From the IMG/VR virus record IMGVR_UViG_3300046314_000558, positions 35,860 to 99,859 of that record: a stretch of DNA of 64,000 bases; one strand, 5' to 3'. Below the pieces are notes generated by a model. The model was not told where the DNA came from. It saw only the letters and a list, made by a program, of their open reading frames with translations, and ran no database searches. Positions 28,516 through 37,227 of the stretch are shown one piece after another; within the stretch, counting starts at the first letter, position 1; each line of letters opens with the position of its first letter. A program made the translations under genes and the position numbers. The DNA is from a virus.

Positions 28516-29202
28516 TCATAGTTCTGGAAATAACTCTTTATGTATGTACTCATGCACTTGGTCATCACTGAATCCCAGGGTTTTTAATACTCGTGGAGTA
28601 TGTGGGTTGCACTTTTGTTGCTGACAGTAATAATTTTGCTGAGCAGTGTAGTCAAACTTGGCAACTTGTTCGTCATAGGTTAAATTAGGACGATTGGCCT
28701 TTATTGCATCCAAGTAGTAAATCAACGACTTTTTACTTAATTCTAGTATCACTGATAGTTCAAATTCTGAGTTTATATTGCCTGCTGCAACCATACGCGG
28801 GCTAAAAATGTTTTGTGCCCAGGCCGGCAGTTGTCGCGGTTTTGACCACTCGGTTGGTTCTACGAACTCTTCAAACCACTTACACATCGGGTGTTCTGGG
28901 TTGCCAGCAGGAGAGAAGTCTAAGAAAGCTCCGGTAATTTTGTTTGTACCAGCTACAATATCAAATCCGTATATTGGGGCTGAGTCGTAGGTGTGTGGAA
29001 ATACGCACAAGTGCATCATCCACAGTTTTTTACTATCACTTACGTCAATAATGTCCAAGTTAGCACGGCGTACCCAAGCACTTAAGTAATTCTTGGTGTA
29101 CCATTCTGAGGTGATTTCACTGGTCGAAAGAAAAGCACGCTGATTGAGGATGCTTTCCAATTCTTCAGCGTGCTTTTTTAATTTGTTAAATATTGTGCTC
29201 AT
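28516..29202 (-). CDS. pcyX: ferredoxin-dependent bilin reductase, phage PcyX type
   Basis: LWMMHLCVFP, PIYGFDIVAG, AFLDFSP, LPAWAQNIFS, QNYYCQQQKCNPHT; overlaps the heme oxygenase. Confidence 0.85.
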   Translation of the reverse strand: MSTIFNKLKKHAEELESILNQRAFLSTSEITSEWYTKNYLSAWVRRANLDIIDVSDSKKLWMMHLCVFPHTYDSAPIYGFDIVAGTNKITGAFLDFSPAGNPEHPMCKWFEEFVEPTEWSKPRQLPAWAQNIFSPRMVAAGNINSEFELSVILELSKKSLIYYLDAIKANRPNLTYDEQVAKFDYTAQQNYYCQQQKCNPHTPRVLKTLGFSDDQVHEYIHKELFPEL

Positions 29203-29728
29203 CGGCTAGCTCGTCAAATAAGTCAAATATTAATTCAAAGCACTTGTTTGCCTCTGCAGCCATGTTGTCCGATAATTTTTCTCGTAATGCTTTAATAGTA
29301 TCATTACGGTTTTCAAACTCATACATAAGTCCGCTGCCAGGTATTACCCGTTTAATCATCTGACCTCCGTACATGTCGCCCATATGTCGAACATATACAT
29401 GTGCTAGCAGCCCTGCATCGTTTAAAGTATCTAAATGATTTTCATAAGCTGTAGTAGCTGGATAAGTAGCGGCTAATGGAGGAAAAACCATCGAACGGAT
29501 AAGTTCTTGTAAGTCTTCATAAATAGCTGGCGTACGATAAATTCCTGGTAGATTGTTGAGCAATCCACGCGATTTACACAAGTGTTCTAGCTTTTTATAC
29601 GCCGCTAACTGATTGAATAAGTAATCGTAGTAAATACTTTTAGCCATATTACCAGATACCAACAACTTAGTAAATCTATGCTGTTCTGCTAGCTGATGAC
29701 TAGCATGTGTTTGTTCTTTTAATGACAT
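29186..29728 (-). CDS. hemO: heme oxygenase
   Basis: LKEQTHASHQLAE with proximal His; LAHVYVRHMGDMYGGQMIK signature; EANKCF. Confidence 0.92.
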   Translation of the reverse strand: MSLKEQTHASHQLAEQHRFTKLLVSGNMAKSIYYDYLFNQLAAYKKLEHLCKSRGLLNNLPGIYRTPAIYEDLQELIRSMVFPPLAATYPATTAYENHLDTLNDAGLLAHVYVRHMGDMYGGQMIKRVIPGSGLMYEFENRNDTIKALREKLSDNMAAEANKCFELIFDLFDELADEHNI

Positions 29729-29733
29729 AATGT

Positions 29734-29760
29734 AAAAACAAGGGCTTGTGCCCTTGTTTT
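29734..29760 (-). terminator. hairpin/terminator immediately upstream of hemO
   Basis: AAAACAAGGGC-TTGT-GCCCTTGTTTT. Confidence 0.7.
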
Positions 29761-30205
29761 ATTTGGTTGGTTTGACTGGAACAATAATTTCACTAGGGTT
29801 TTGAATATTAGCATATGTAGTCGTCATATCACGCAATTGTTGACGATATGTAGCCCACTCTGCACGCTTTTCTGCACTTAAACCATTATCTGGCAACTGT
29901 GACCAGTCCGATAGGTATAATTCATAATCACGCTGTCTGCGAACCCATAAGTCAGCTTTTTCTTCCTGAGATAATTCACGAGTAGTGATTATATTGCGAA
30001 CAATTCCGTCATCACACATCTCATAACCATCTTCACTTAGCAGTTCTTGCGAAATACTTGCACCACGTCGCTCAAAAGGGGCGTACCCCTTTTGAGTTAA
30101 CAGTTCTGGCGTAATTTCGTTTACCTGCCAAACTTCAAGTAAGTTAGGCTCAAAAACTGGATGGTCAATTGGCTGATTATTTTGTATTTTTATATAAAGT
30201 TTCAT
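29759..30205 (-). CDS. tail fibre assembly chaperone-like protein
   Basis: VRRQRDYELYLSDWSQLPD...EWATYRQQLRD motif. Confidence 0.8.
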   Translation of the reverse strand: MKLYIKIQNNQPIDHPVFEPNLLEVWQVNEITPELLTQKGYAPFERRGASISQELLSEDGYEMCDDGIVRNIITTRELSQEEKADLWVRRQRDYELYLSDWSQLPDNGLSAEKRAEWATYRQQLRDMTTTYANIQNPSEIIVPVKPTK

Positions 30206-30214
30206 TGTATTCCT

Positions 30215-33200
30215 TTATGCAGTGATGATTGGTTGGTCAGCGGTTAGAGTACTAGGAAATGCACGTCCAGCACCCCAAATTAAACGTACTCCAGCAGCTC
30301 CACCACGTTGTTGAAAAGCGTTTGGACTATTTTGACTGGTACTAGTACCACTACTACCACCGCCTCCACCATAATCTCCGCCACGCGCGCTGCCGTTGCC
30401 ATAACTGCCGGTTTCTCCGTGGGTACCATTTCCGCCACCACTACCACCACCGCCACCACTACCGTTAACGTTGACTTGGCCATAGCCAGCAACCCAACCC
30501 CCGGTACCGCTAGCACCTTGGCCCAATAAGCCCACACCGCCACCGCCGCCAACACCCCAAGTGCTACTATAACCATCCCTGGCCGCTGCACCACCTCCGC
30601 CAGGGTTTGCATTACCATTACCACTACCGCCAGCACCTGTATAACCAGCAGCACCCCCGCCGCCTGTACTCCAGCTACCTGCACCGCCAGTACCACCAAC
30701 ACCACCACCGTCGCCAACCCAACCACCGCCATAAGCATTACCAGTACCCGATGAATTAGGTCCGCCTGCTCCGCCGTGGTATCCAGCAACAGTAGTTGCA
30801 TTAATAAAGAAGGAAGGCGTACCTCCAGAGTTGCTTGACGAGTTTGTAGGCTGAGTGCCGTAACTACCAACTTGCACAGTATAACTATTGCCAGGTACAA
30901 CAGTAATATTGTTTTTCCAACCTAAACCACCACCACCTGCACCGCCGCTTGACCACTGATAGCCTCCCCAGCCGCCACTACCAACGCAAACAGCGCTTAC
31001 TGAGGTAACTGCAGTAGGAGCTACCCAGGTATATGTTCCAGGACCAACGTTAGTTCCGTACAATTGTTGGCCTTGTGGGTAGTTTAAGGCAAAATTCCAC
31101 GTAAACTTTTTATCTAGACTAACACTGCCAGCTGTAGCTCGTACAGTAAATGTAAATTTAGTAGTAGCTGCTATACTAGCAGGAGCTGTTCCAGTTAGTG
31201 TACCACTAGAATTCAAGTTTAGCCAACTAGGTAAACTGCCAGCAACTATTGAATGAGTGGCGTTGGTTCCGCTTATTTGTGCTTGTGTAAATGTAAAAGT
31301 ATTTACACTTCCAGGTACAATTAGTCCAGGAGCTGTCGAAGTACTATACATAGGCACTCCAGGGCCTACAATTAAAGTTACTGGCTTATACCCTGCTACT
31401 CCTCCGCTAGACGTAGCTATTACTGTGAAGCTGTAACTACTATTAGGAATATTGCCGGTGGCACTAACAACACCAGAAGAACTATCAATAGATAGCTGTG
31501 ATGGGGCTCCAACTAATGACCATGTGTACGTAAATGATGCGGCAATTTGGTTAGTTGCAGTATAGGTTTTTTGCTGAAAAGTGCTACCAGTTGTTAAACT
31601 CATAGTACTATCACCGTCAACCTGTACAATAGAATCCCAGTAGTTAACTGTACCGTCAGTACGTAAGAACGCACCAGGTAAGTTAAGTCTAGGAGGTACT
31701 GCACTAGTAACTAAATTAGTAACATAACCAACAACAGCACTTTGTGTAGGCACTTTAGTAGGACTATTTTGTGCTAGTGTAGTATCAGTACTAAATTCAT
31801 TAATTTGAGCACCTAGCTGAGCTCCAATAGATCCCAGGCGTAAACTAGTTAAACCACTTAAGTTAAAGGCATTAGCATTTAGTGTAGCGCTACCAGTAGC
31901 TTGGTTAACTGCAAAATAAGGTCCAACACGGAAATTACCAGATTGATCGGTACTTAGGTAGTATACTCGACCAGGAAATGTTTGTACAACTTCTTTTGAT
32001 TGATCTGGTTGCTGCGTAGGAGTATTTGGGTAGTTTGTACTACTTACTCCGCCAGTACCAATATTTAAAAAGTCGTGACCAGTTAGGCGTACTAAACTAA
32101 ATTTATAACGAATACTGGCCACAGAGCCTGCAGCAGAGGTATTTACTTTTTGCTGAGCTAGTACCACTGTAATAACACTAGCGGCATTTGCCCAACCGCC
32201 AGAAACGGACTGGATAATATAAGAAGAACTGTCTCCGGCTAGTTGAATACTTCCACCAGCTACAGGTAGTGCGGTTAAGTTATTAAGGATTAAGGTAAAA
32301 CCTGCTTGTCCACCAACACTAGATATTGTTCCTGAACCACCACTTGTAGTAGTAAAGGTGCTACCTTGGGTAAACGCACCGCCTGCATTCTCTGCAATAT
32401 AAAGCGAGGTAGCTTGAGCACTAGTAACAACAGCTGTTGCTCCAGTATTGCTTGTAATGGTATCTCCTGGATTAATAGTTCCAGTATATGCGCTTGCTAA
32501 AGTCAGCATTGAACCGTAAACTGTACCAGTAACTGGTGTTTCACTAGCAGAGTAACCTGAAGCTACAGAACCATATGTACCATAAGAATTATTACCCGCT
32601 ACAGAACGCAATTGACCGCCGTTAGTTGCTGCGTAACCAAAATAACAGTAGTAAGTAAATGCAGACACAGCTTCTGCTGCACCACCATTGTCAATCCACA
32701 AAGCTACCCCATTGTCATGAATATTAGTATACTCATGAAATAACATAGACTTGTTACCGCTATTATGTACAGCACCATTAACGTAAGCACCAATTGCATT
32801 ATTACCAAAAGCCGCACATTCTAGAACATAAGGTGATTTAGTGGTAACAGGAGAAGCAGGGTTTAGTGCACAAAAAATACCTCGAGGTGTAGAGGTAGTA
32901 ATATCAGCAGGGATACTACCAGTACTCCAACCTGTCATTCCTTTAAAGGCTAGTTTATTCAGTAATGAACCATCTGACATCAACCACATGGTTGAGTTGG
33001 AATTACTAGTTACCCCATCAAGACTAGTACCGGTTTTAGGGGCTACAATTGTAGAACGCTGTCCATCGCCAACAATAGCTACGTTAGCTGGAATAGTGAT
33101 TGGTAACTGTTCTTCGTATGTTCCTGTTTTTACAAAAATTGTACTAAAAGGCGCTGCATTATTACATGCATACGCAATAGTTTTAAAGGAATTAGTAAGG

Positions 33201-33463
33201 CTAGTACCAAATCCTTCACTGTCAGTTCCATGAGGAGTAACGTAGTAGGTATTTTCGCTATAAGTAGCTGTACCGGCACCCGTAAGCATTACTGTCCAAT
33301 ATGCCGTGGTTGTTGGTATGGTACCAACTGTACCACTAGCATTAGTATAGCAATATACATTGCCGTTATAGCTTACTACGTCATTAAGAGTATATGTAAC
33401 GGCAGCGTCATATGCTCCTAGGTAGTTAAATCTAAGTTTTCCAAGATCAATTGTTTGTGTCAT
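30215..33463 (-). CDS. long tail fibre/spike with beta-helix, Ig-like and Gly-rich C-terminal domains
   Basis: IDLGKLRF N-terminus; YYVTPHG...FKTIAYA...GTYEE beta-helix entry; GSLPSWLNLNSSGTLTGT; ~250 aa Gly-rich C-terminus. Confidence 0.75.
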   Translation of the reverse strand: MTQTIDLGKLRFNYLGAYDAAVTYTLNDVVSYNGNVYCYTNASGTVGTIPTTTAYWTVMLTGAGTATYSENTYYVTPHGTDSEGFGTSLTNSFKTIAYACNNAAPFSTIFVKTGTYEEQLPITIPANVAIVGDGQRSTIVAPKTGTSLDGVTSNSNSTMWLMSDGSLLNKLAFKGMTGWSTGSIPADITTSTPRGIFCALNPASPVTTKSPYVLECAAFGNNAIGAYVNGAVHNSGNKSMLFHEYTNIHDNGVALWIDNGGAAEAVSAFTYYCYFGYAATNGGQLRSVAGNNSYGTYGSVASGYSASETPVTGTVYGSMLTLASAYTGTINPGDTITSNTGATAVVTSAQATSLYIAENAGGAFTQGSTFTTTSGGSGTISSVGGQAGFTLILNNLTALPVAGGSIQLAGDSSSYIIQSVSGGWANAASVITVVLAQQKVNTSAAGSVASIRYKFSLVRLTGHDFLNIGTGGVSSTNYPNTPTQQPDQSKEVVQTFPGRVYYLSTDQSGNFRVGPYFAVNQATGSATLNANAFNLSGLTSLRLGSIGAQLGAQINEFSTDTTLAQNSPTKVPTQSAVVGYVTNLVTSAVPPRLNLPGAFLRTDGTVNYWDSIVQVDGDSTMSLTTGSTFQQKTYTATNQIAASFTYTWSLVGAPSQLSIDSSSGVVSATGNIPNSSYSFTVIATSSGGVAGYKPVTLIVGPGVPMYSTSTAPGLIVPGSVNTFTFTQAQISGTNATHSIVAGSLPSWLNLNSSGTLTGTAPASIAATTKFTFTVRATAGSVSLDKKFTWNFALNYPQGQQLYGTNVGPGTYTWVAPTAVTSVSAVCVGSGGWGGYQWSSGGAGGGGLGWKNNITVVPGNSYTVQVGSYGTQPTNSSSNSGGTPSFFINATTVAGYHGGAGGPNSSGTGNAYGGGWVGDGGGVGGTGGAGSWSTGGGGAAGYTGAGGSGNGNANPGGGGAAARDGYSSTWGVGGGGGVGLLGQGASGTGGWVAGYGQVNVNGSGGGGGSGGGNGTHGETGSYGNGSARGGDYGGGGGSSGTSTSQNSPNAFQQRGGAAGVRLIWGAGRAFPSTLTADQPIITA

Positions 33464-33696
33464 ATGATGCTCACTATAAGGTGGCCTTTATTATTTATCG
33501 AAAAATTCATAGAGTTTTTCGTCCAAAAAAATGTACGATATCCTGTGGCCGTAGGAATCGCGTCCGGTAGTTCTACCGGAGAACCATCGTATACTAAATC
33601 AATATACGCTTGTCCTGTTTTAGGGTTCATTCTTGCACCGACAAAATTTTGATTAATAATATCGGCTAAATCAAGTTGTACTGGCGATAGTTTCAT
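33460..33696 (-). CDS. hypothetical virion protein
   Basis: 78 aa ORF coupled to its neighbours. Confidence 0.6.
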   Translation of the reverse strand: MKLSPVQLDLADIINQNFVGARMNPKTGQAYIDLVYDGSPVELPDAIPTATGYRTFFWTKNSMNFSINNKGHLIVSII

Positions 33697-34016
33697 TATT
33701 CAACTCCTTGCAGGATTGAAAAAATTACGTCAAGGCTTTGTGCTATCATGGCGCTAACTACTAGGCTATCACCTGGTAGTAGCACAAGCTTGTTGCCGCG
33801 CATTAGTTCGTAAGGATCGCCAGCATCTATGCGTTTGTTTTTGTGCACAAAGGTGTCTACACCAGCTCTGCGAGTTTTAATTGTAAAAGGCACTGTGGTG
33901 CTTAGCAAGTTGCTAACACTACAACCAATTATAATTGCTTTTTCTGTGGCTGTGTATACTACAGTTTCTGCAGTACCTACGCCATTTGCAATTGCGTTAG
34001 TAAATGTTGTTGCCAT
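33696..34016 (-). CDS. small beta-sandwich virion protein
   Basis: TVVYTA...IIIGCSVSN...GNKLVLLPGDSL. Confidence 0.65.
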   Translation of the reverse strand: MATTFTNAIANGVGTAETVVYTATEKAIIIGCSVSNLLSTTVPFTIKTRRAGVDTFVHKNKRIDAGDPYELMRGNKLVLLPGDSLVVSAMIAQSLDVIFSILQGVE

Positions 34017-34019
34017 GTT

Positions 34020-34475
34020 TTACCCCAATGCAATTGCCATAACAATGGCTTTTTGTGTTGCTAGTGTGTCCACTTCAGACTTTCGGTAGGTATCTGCTAG
34101 ACCAACTGGATCATAAGCAACGAACCTTAAAAAGTCCCCAATTACTGCAGCTTGAACTAAACTAATGTTGGTACCATTTGTGGCCACATAGTCACTGTTG
34201 CCAAGCTGGATACCGTTTAACCAAACATCTAAGAATCCCGGAGAATATCCACCAGGAAATACAAAGGTGGTTTGAGCTGCGGTGGCTGTTGTTTCGTATA
34301 TGCGACGTGTTCCTGCAGTAGCCCCACTGCTAAGTGAAGCTATTGTACCATCTGATTTCTTATAGTAAATAGCGCCATCAGCATCATTGAGCGCTAGCTC
34401 GCCAGGGGTTAAATCTGCGGGTTGCGGTATCTTGCCTGGCTCTGAGCTTCGTTTAATTTTTAATACTGGAGCCAT
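34020..34475 (-). CDS. fibre-associated protein
   Basis: LKIKRS...GELALN N-terminus; ATAAQTTF...DVWLNG; C-terminal KAIVMAIALG. Confidence 0.65.
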   Translation of the reverse strand: MAPVLKIKRSSEPGKIPQPADLTPGELALNDADGAIYYKKSDGTIASLSSGATAGTRRIYETTATAAQTTFVFPGGYSPGFLDVWLNGIQLGNSDYVATNGTNISLVQAAVIGDFLRFVAYDPVGLADTYRKSEVDTLATQKAIVMAIALG

Positions 34476-34483
34476 ACACGTCC

Positions 34484-35815
34484 TTAGTAGGTACCGCAGT
34501 CAACTTGTTGTAAGAACACAGAGCCTGCAGTTAGTGTGAATTGATCCGCGCTAAAGCTAGCTAAACCTTTGATAAGTGTAGTAGCAGTTGGAATTGCTGT
34601 TTGTAGGATGCTGGTTACAAGACCTTTGGCGTTAACGGTAATTGTTGGCACTGTGACTGCGTCACCGTATGCACCAACAGTAGCGTTAACTGTGGCCAGC
34701 GTAATTGCTGCTGACACTGCAGCGCTGCCGTCTACACTTAGTAGTGTAGCTGTTGCATCACCAGTTAAACTCAAGTTGCGAGCTGTTTTCCACTTAGTAG
34801 CTGTTGCAGCATTACCAACAAGTTCAGCGTAAATATTAGCAACTTCCAAGTCTTTGTTAAGTGCCCAACGATCGGTACCGCTGGTATACAAGATTGTAGC
34901 TGGTACTGCAGGTCCACGAACCGTTAAACCACCACCGTCTGCCATTGCTGCACTCGTAGCGTCTTTGGCAAGTTCGATATTTTTGTCACCAATGGCAACT
35001 GTGGTAGAGTTAACTGTGGTAACAGTTCCCAATACAGTTAAGTTACCGGTTATACTGGCATTGCCGTCAATGTTGATGTTGGCAGCAGTAATGTCGTTGG
35101 AGTATAAGGTACCGTTGATTGTGGCATCATTGAACACAACGTTAGACGTAGGGTCGACTGCTTGACCAAGGTTGATTGTTACTGTGTTATTTGTAACCGC
35201 TGTGGTAACACCAACTCCGCCTACAATACTCAGTGTATCTGTTAACAAGCTAACGGTGTCTGTTCCGGTATTGCCGGCTACACCTAAATTAGTTGCAACA
35301 CTAGCAGTTCCGGCTGCTGTTAAGCGACCTTTGCTGTCAACTGTGAATGTTGGAATGTCTGTTGCTGAACCATAACTGCCAGCTGCTACAGTAGTATTTG
35401 CTAGGGTAATTGCTGCGTTTACGTTTTGTGACCCGTCTACGCCGGTTAGAGATGCGGTTGCGTCACCGGTTAGGCTTAGGGTACGAGCATTCAGCCATTT
35501 GGTTGCTGTTGCTGCGTTACCAAGTAAATCTGCAGTAATGTTACGTGCTGCAAAATCACCGTTTGAATCACGACGGACTAGTGTACCAATTGTGTTGATA
35601 TTAGTGGCTGCGTCAACCATGTCGGTATAGCGCTTACCACCAATAATAATGTGGTTAACTGCATTGCCAGCAGTTTCGAGTCCAAGACCAATATAAAGTC
35701 TGTCACCACCGTTCGACCCGTTGTCTGTTAAGCCTGAGTAGGCTAATTCACCTGCACCTAATACCCCAGGATTACCCGAGGTTTCACTGCGTTTTATTCT
35801 TACTATAGAAGCCAT
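34484..35815 (-). CDS. tail fibre protein with internal duplication
   Basis: IVRIKRS...GELAYS N-terminus; two copies of GNAATATKW...LSLTGDAT...VDGS...KG. Confidence 0.75.
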   Translation of the reverse strand: MASIVRIKRSETSGNPGVLGAGELAYSGLTDNGSNGGDRLYIGLGLETAGNAVNHIIIGGKRYTDMVDAATNINTIGTLVRRDSNGDFAARNITADLLGNAATATKWLNARTLSLTGDATASLTGVDGSQNVNAAITLANTTVAAGSYGSATDIPTFTVDSKGRLTAAGTASVATNLGVAGNTGTDTVSLLTDTLSIVGGVGVTTAVTNNTVTINLGQAVDPTSNVVFNDATINGTLYSNDITAANINIDGNASITGNLTVLGTVTTVNSTTVAIGDKNIELAKDATSAAMADGGGLTVRGPAVPATILYTSGTDRWALNKDLEVANIYAELVGNAATATKWKTARNLSLTGDATATLLSVDGSAAVSAAITLATVNATVGAYGDAVTVPTITVNAKGLVTSILQTAIPTATTLIKGLASFSADQFTLTAGSVFLQQVDCGTY

Positions 35816-35826
35816 ATTTTTTCCTT

Positions 35827-36093
35827 TTAAAACTGACCAGATTCAATTATTTGTTGATCTAGTAGCTTGGTGGCAGTCCACTGCTGTGTTGTGGCATTAT
35901 ACACTAGTGTGCTGCCGCCCTGTAGGTTTGTAGTATCAATGTCCACTGCGTTTGTAATAGAACTAGTTGCAGCCGGAGGCATCATGCCGGTAACAATAAC
36001 CGTGGCCTGCTTATCATCAACAACCAGGTTATGTGTTTGTGTGGTTTGTATAACCGTGCTATTATTTGATTCGGTTACAACTACATCAGTCAT
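35827..36093 (-). CDS. hypothetical virion protein
   Basis: LVYNATTQQW fibre-like motif. Confidence 0.6.
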   Translation of the reverse strand: MTDVVVTESNNSTVIQTTQTHNLVVDDKQATVIVTGMMPPAATSSITNAVDIDTTNLQGGSTLVYNATTQQWTATKLLDQQIIESGQF

Positions 36094-36680
36094 CGCGTAA
36101 CCTCTGGAACCAGTGTTAAGTTACCAACCAAGAAAGGCACAACATTGTTGCCGTTGAATAGTTCTAGTGAGTACACAGCTGTTGCAAAATCAAACAGCGT
36201 GGTAACGCTGCCTAAGATGGTAATTGTAATTGTTTTGCTTACATTATCCAAGACGATTTGACCGGCTTGCGAAGTTGCTTCGTAAATAACGTCGGGACTG
36301 TCTACGGTTTCACGAATTTGCATGCGTGCGGCATATTGTGCTAAGTCAACTGGTTGACCATATTCTACAACTCCACCAGTTGTAAAGGCAGTGTACTGTA
36401 GACTGTTTACCTGATTTAGGGTAATACTATTACTGGTAACACCAGTAGCAACATGATACTGATCGCCAGTGGTATTGATTTCTTTCATACCACCTGCACC
36501 AGCCACACGTAATCTCCAACCAACTGGAAGATTGTGCGGTTCGCTGGTAGTTATAACACAAGGCGCTGATTTTGCAATAGTTTGAATTGGTACGTAAACT
36601 TTTGTTTGCGATTCCCAACGGTAAACTTCTTGAAATGTACTGCCTTGGTATACTTTATAATTAATTTTTGCTGGCTGCAT
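36090..36680 (-). CDS. fibre/baseplate adaptor-like protein
   Basis: YQGSTF...DLAQYAARMQIRE...AVYSLEL...GNLTLVPEVTR. Confidence 0.65.
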   Translation of the reverse strand: MQPAKINYKVYQGSTFQEVYRWESQTKVYVPIQTIAKSAPCVITTSEPHNLPVGWRLRVAGAGGMKEINTTGDQYHVATGVTSNSITLNQVNSLQYTAFTTGGVVEYGQPVDLAQYAARMQIRETVDSPDVIYEATSQAGQIVLDNVSKTITITILGSVTTLFDFATAVYSLELFNGNNVVPFLVGNLTLVPEVTR

Positions 36681-37020
36681 ACACTCTGCCTTTCTGCGAT
36701 GCTGACTGCTTGAAATTACTTACCTCTTGTGTAAGAGCACATACTTCAGTACGCAAATTTTGGTTTTCTACAGTTAATTTTTGTAGCTCGGTATTTAAAG
36801 CAATTATTTCTGAATGCAACCTGCCTAGCTCTAAGCTAAGCTTAGTATTCTGCTCGCTCATACGCTCCAATTCAGTGTGCATAAGGCTGATAATACTAGT
36901 TTCTGCTTCTGTACTTCGCCAATTTTTTAAGATTTTTTGCGCTCCTACCAGAACAGCTATTATTGCAATTGCAACTAAACTAACGGCCTGTAAGATTTGT
37001 TCAAAATTAGAATCCAACAT
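36661..37020 (-). CDS. single-TM coiled-coil protein, candidate holin
   Basis: ILQAVSLVAIAIIAVLVGA TM then long heptads; first gene of the transcript that contains the lysis genes. Confidence 0.55.
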   Translation of the reverse strand: MLDSNFEQILQAVSLVAIAIIAVLVGAQKILKNWRSTEAETSIISLMHTELERMSEQNTKLSLELGRLHSEIIALNTELQKLTVENQNLRTEVCALTQEVSNFKQSASQKGRVYAASKN

Positions 37021-37028
37021 ATGTGAGT

Positions 37029-37131
37029 TCTCCTATTTATTACGGACTATAATCTTTATAGCCACTTAGTTTATTTAACTAGTTGTAAACCAGTGAGAAT
37101 CCTTATTAACGTAAAATAGGAGACTACGGAC
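37029..37131 (-). promoter_or_regulatory. structured 5' leader sequestering the Shine-Dalgarno of the holin-like gene
   Basis: 10-bp perfect inverted repeat TCTCCTATTT (37029-37038) / AAATAGGAGA (37114-37123) enclosing smaller hairpins. Confidence 0.6.
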
Positions 37132-37141
37132 AATTTGATAT

Positions 37142-37170
37142 ATTATAGCATATAGGGTCCAAATTGTCAA
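37142..37170 (-). promoter_or_regulatory. consensus sigma70 promoter for the fibre-lysis operon
   Basis: TTGACA-17 bp-TATAAT with TGn extension on the - strand. Confidence 0.88.
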
Positions 37171-37173
37171 TGC

Positions 37174-37208
37174 AAAAAAATACCCTGCCCATTTGCATGA
37201 GCAGGGTA
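37174..37208 (-). terminator. terminator ending the tail-tip operon
   Basis: TACCCTGC / GCAGGGTA stem with a 7-T tract on the - strand. Confidence 0.8.
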
Positions 37209-37227
37209 AAATTTAGCTAAATTTTAG

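Noticed and set aside
28516-29728. Reading hemO plus bilin reductase as evidence for a cyanophage
   Set aside because: There are no psbA/hli/petF genes in the window, the reductase looks PcyX-like, and the backbone and lysis genes point to a proteobacterial T5-like phage.
30215-31000. Gly-rich (CCA/CCG)n low-complexity DNA as a repeat array or DGR target
   Set aside because: It is explained by a Gly-rich fibre domain. I saw no reverse transcriptase or template/variable repeat pair.
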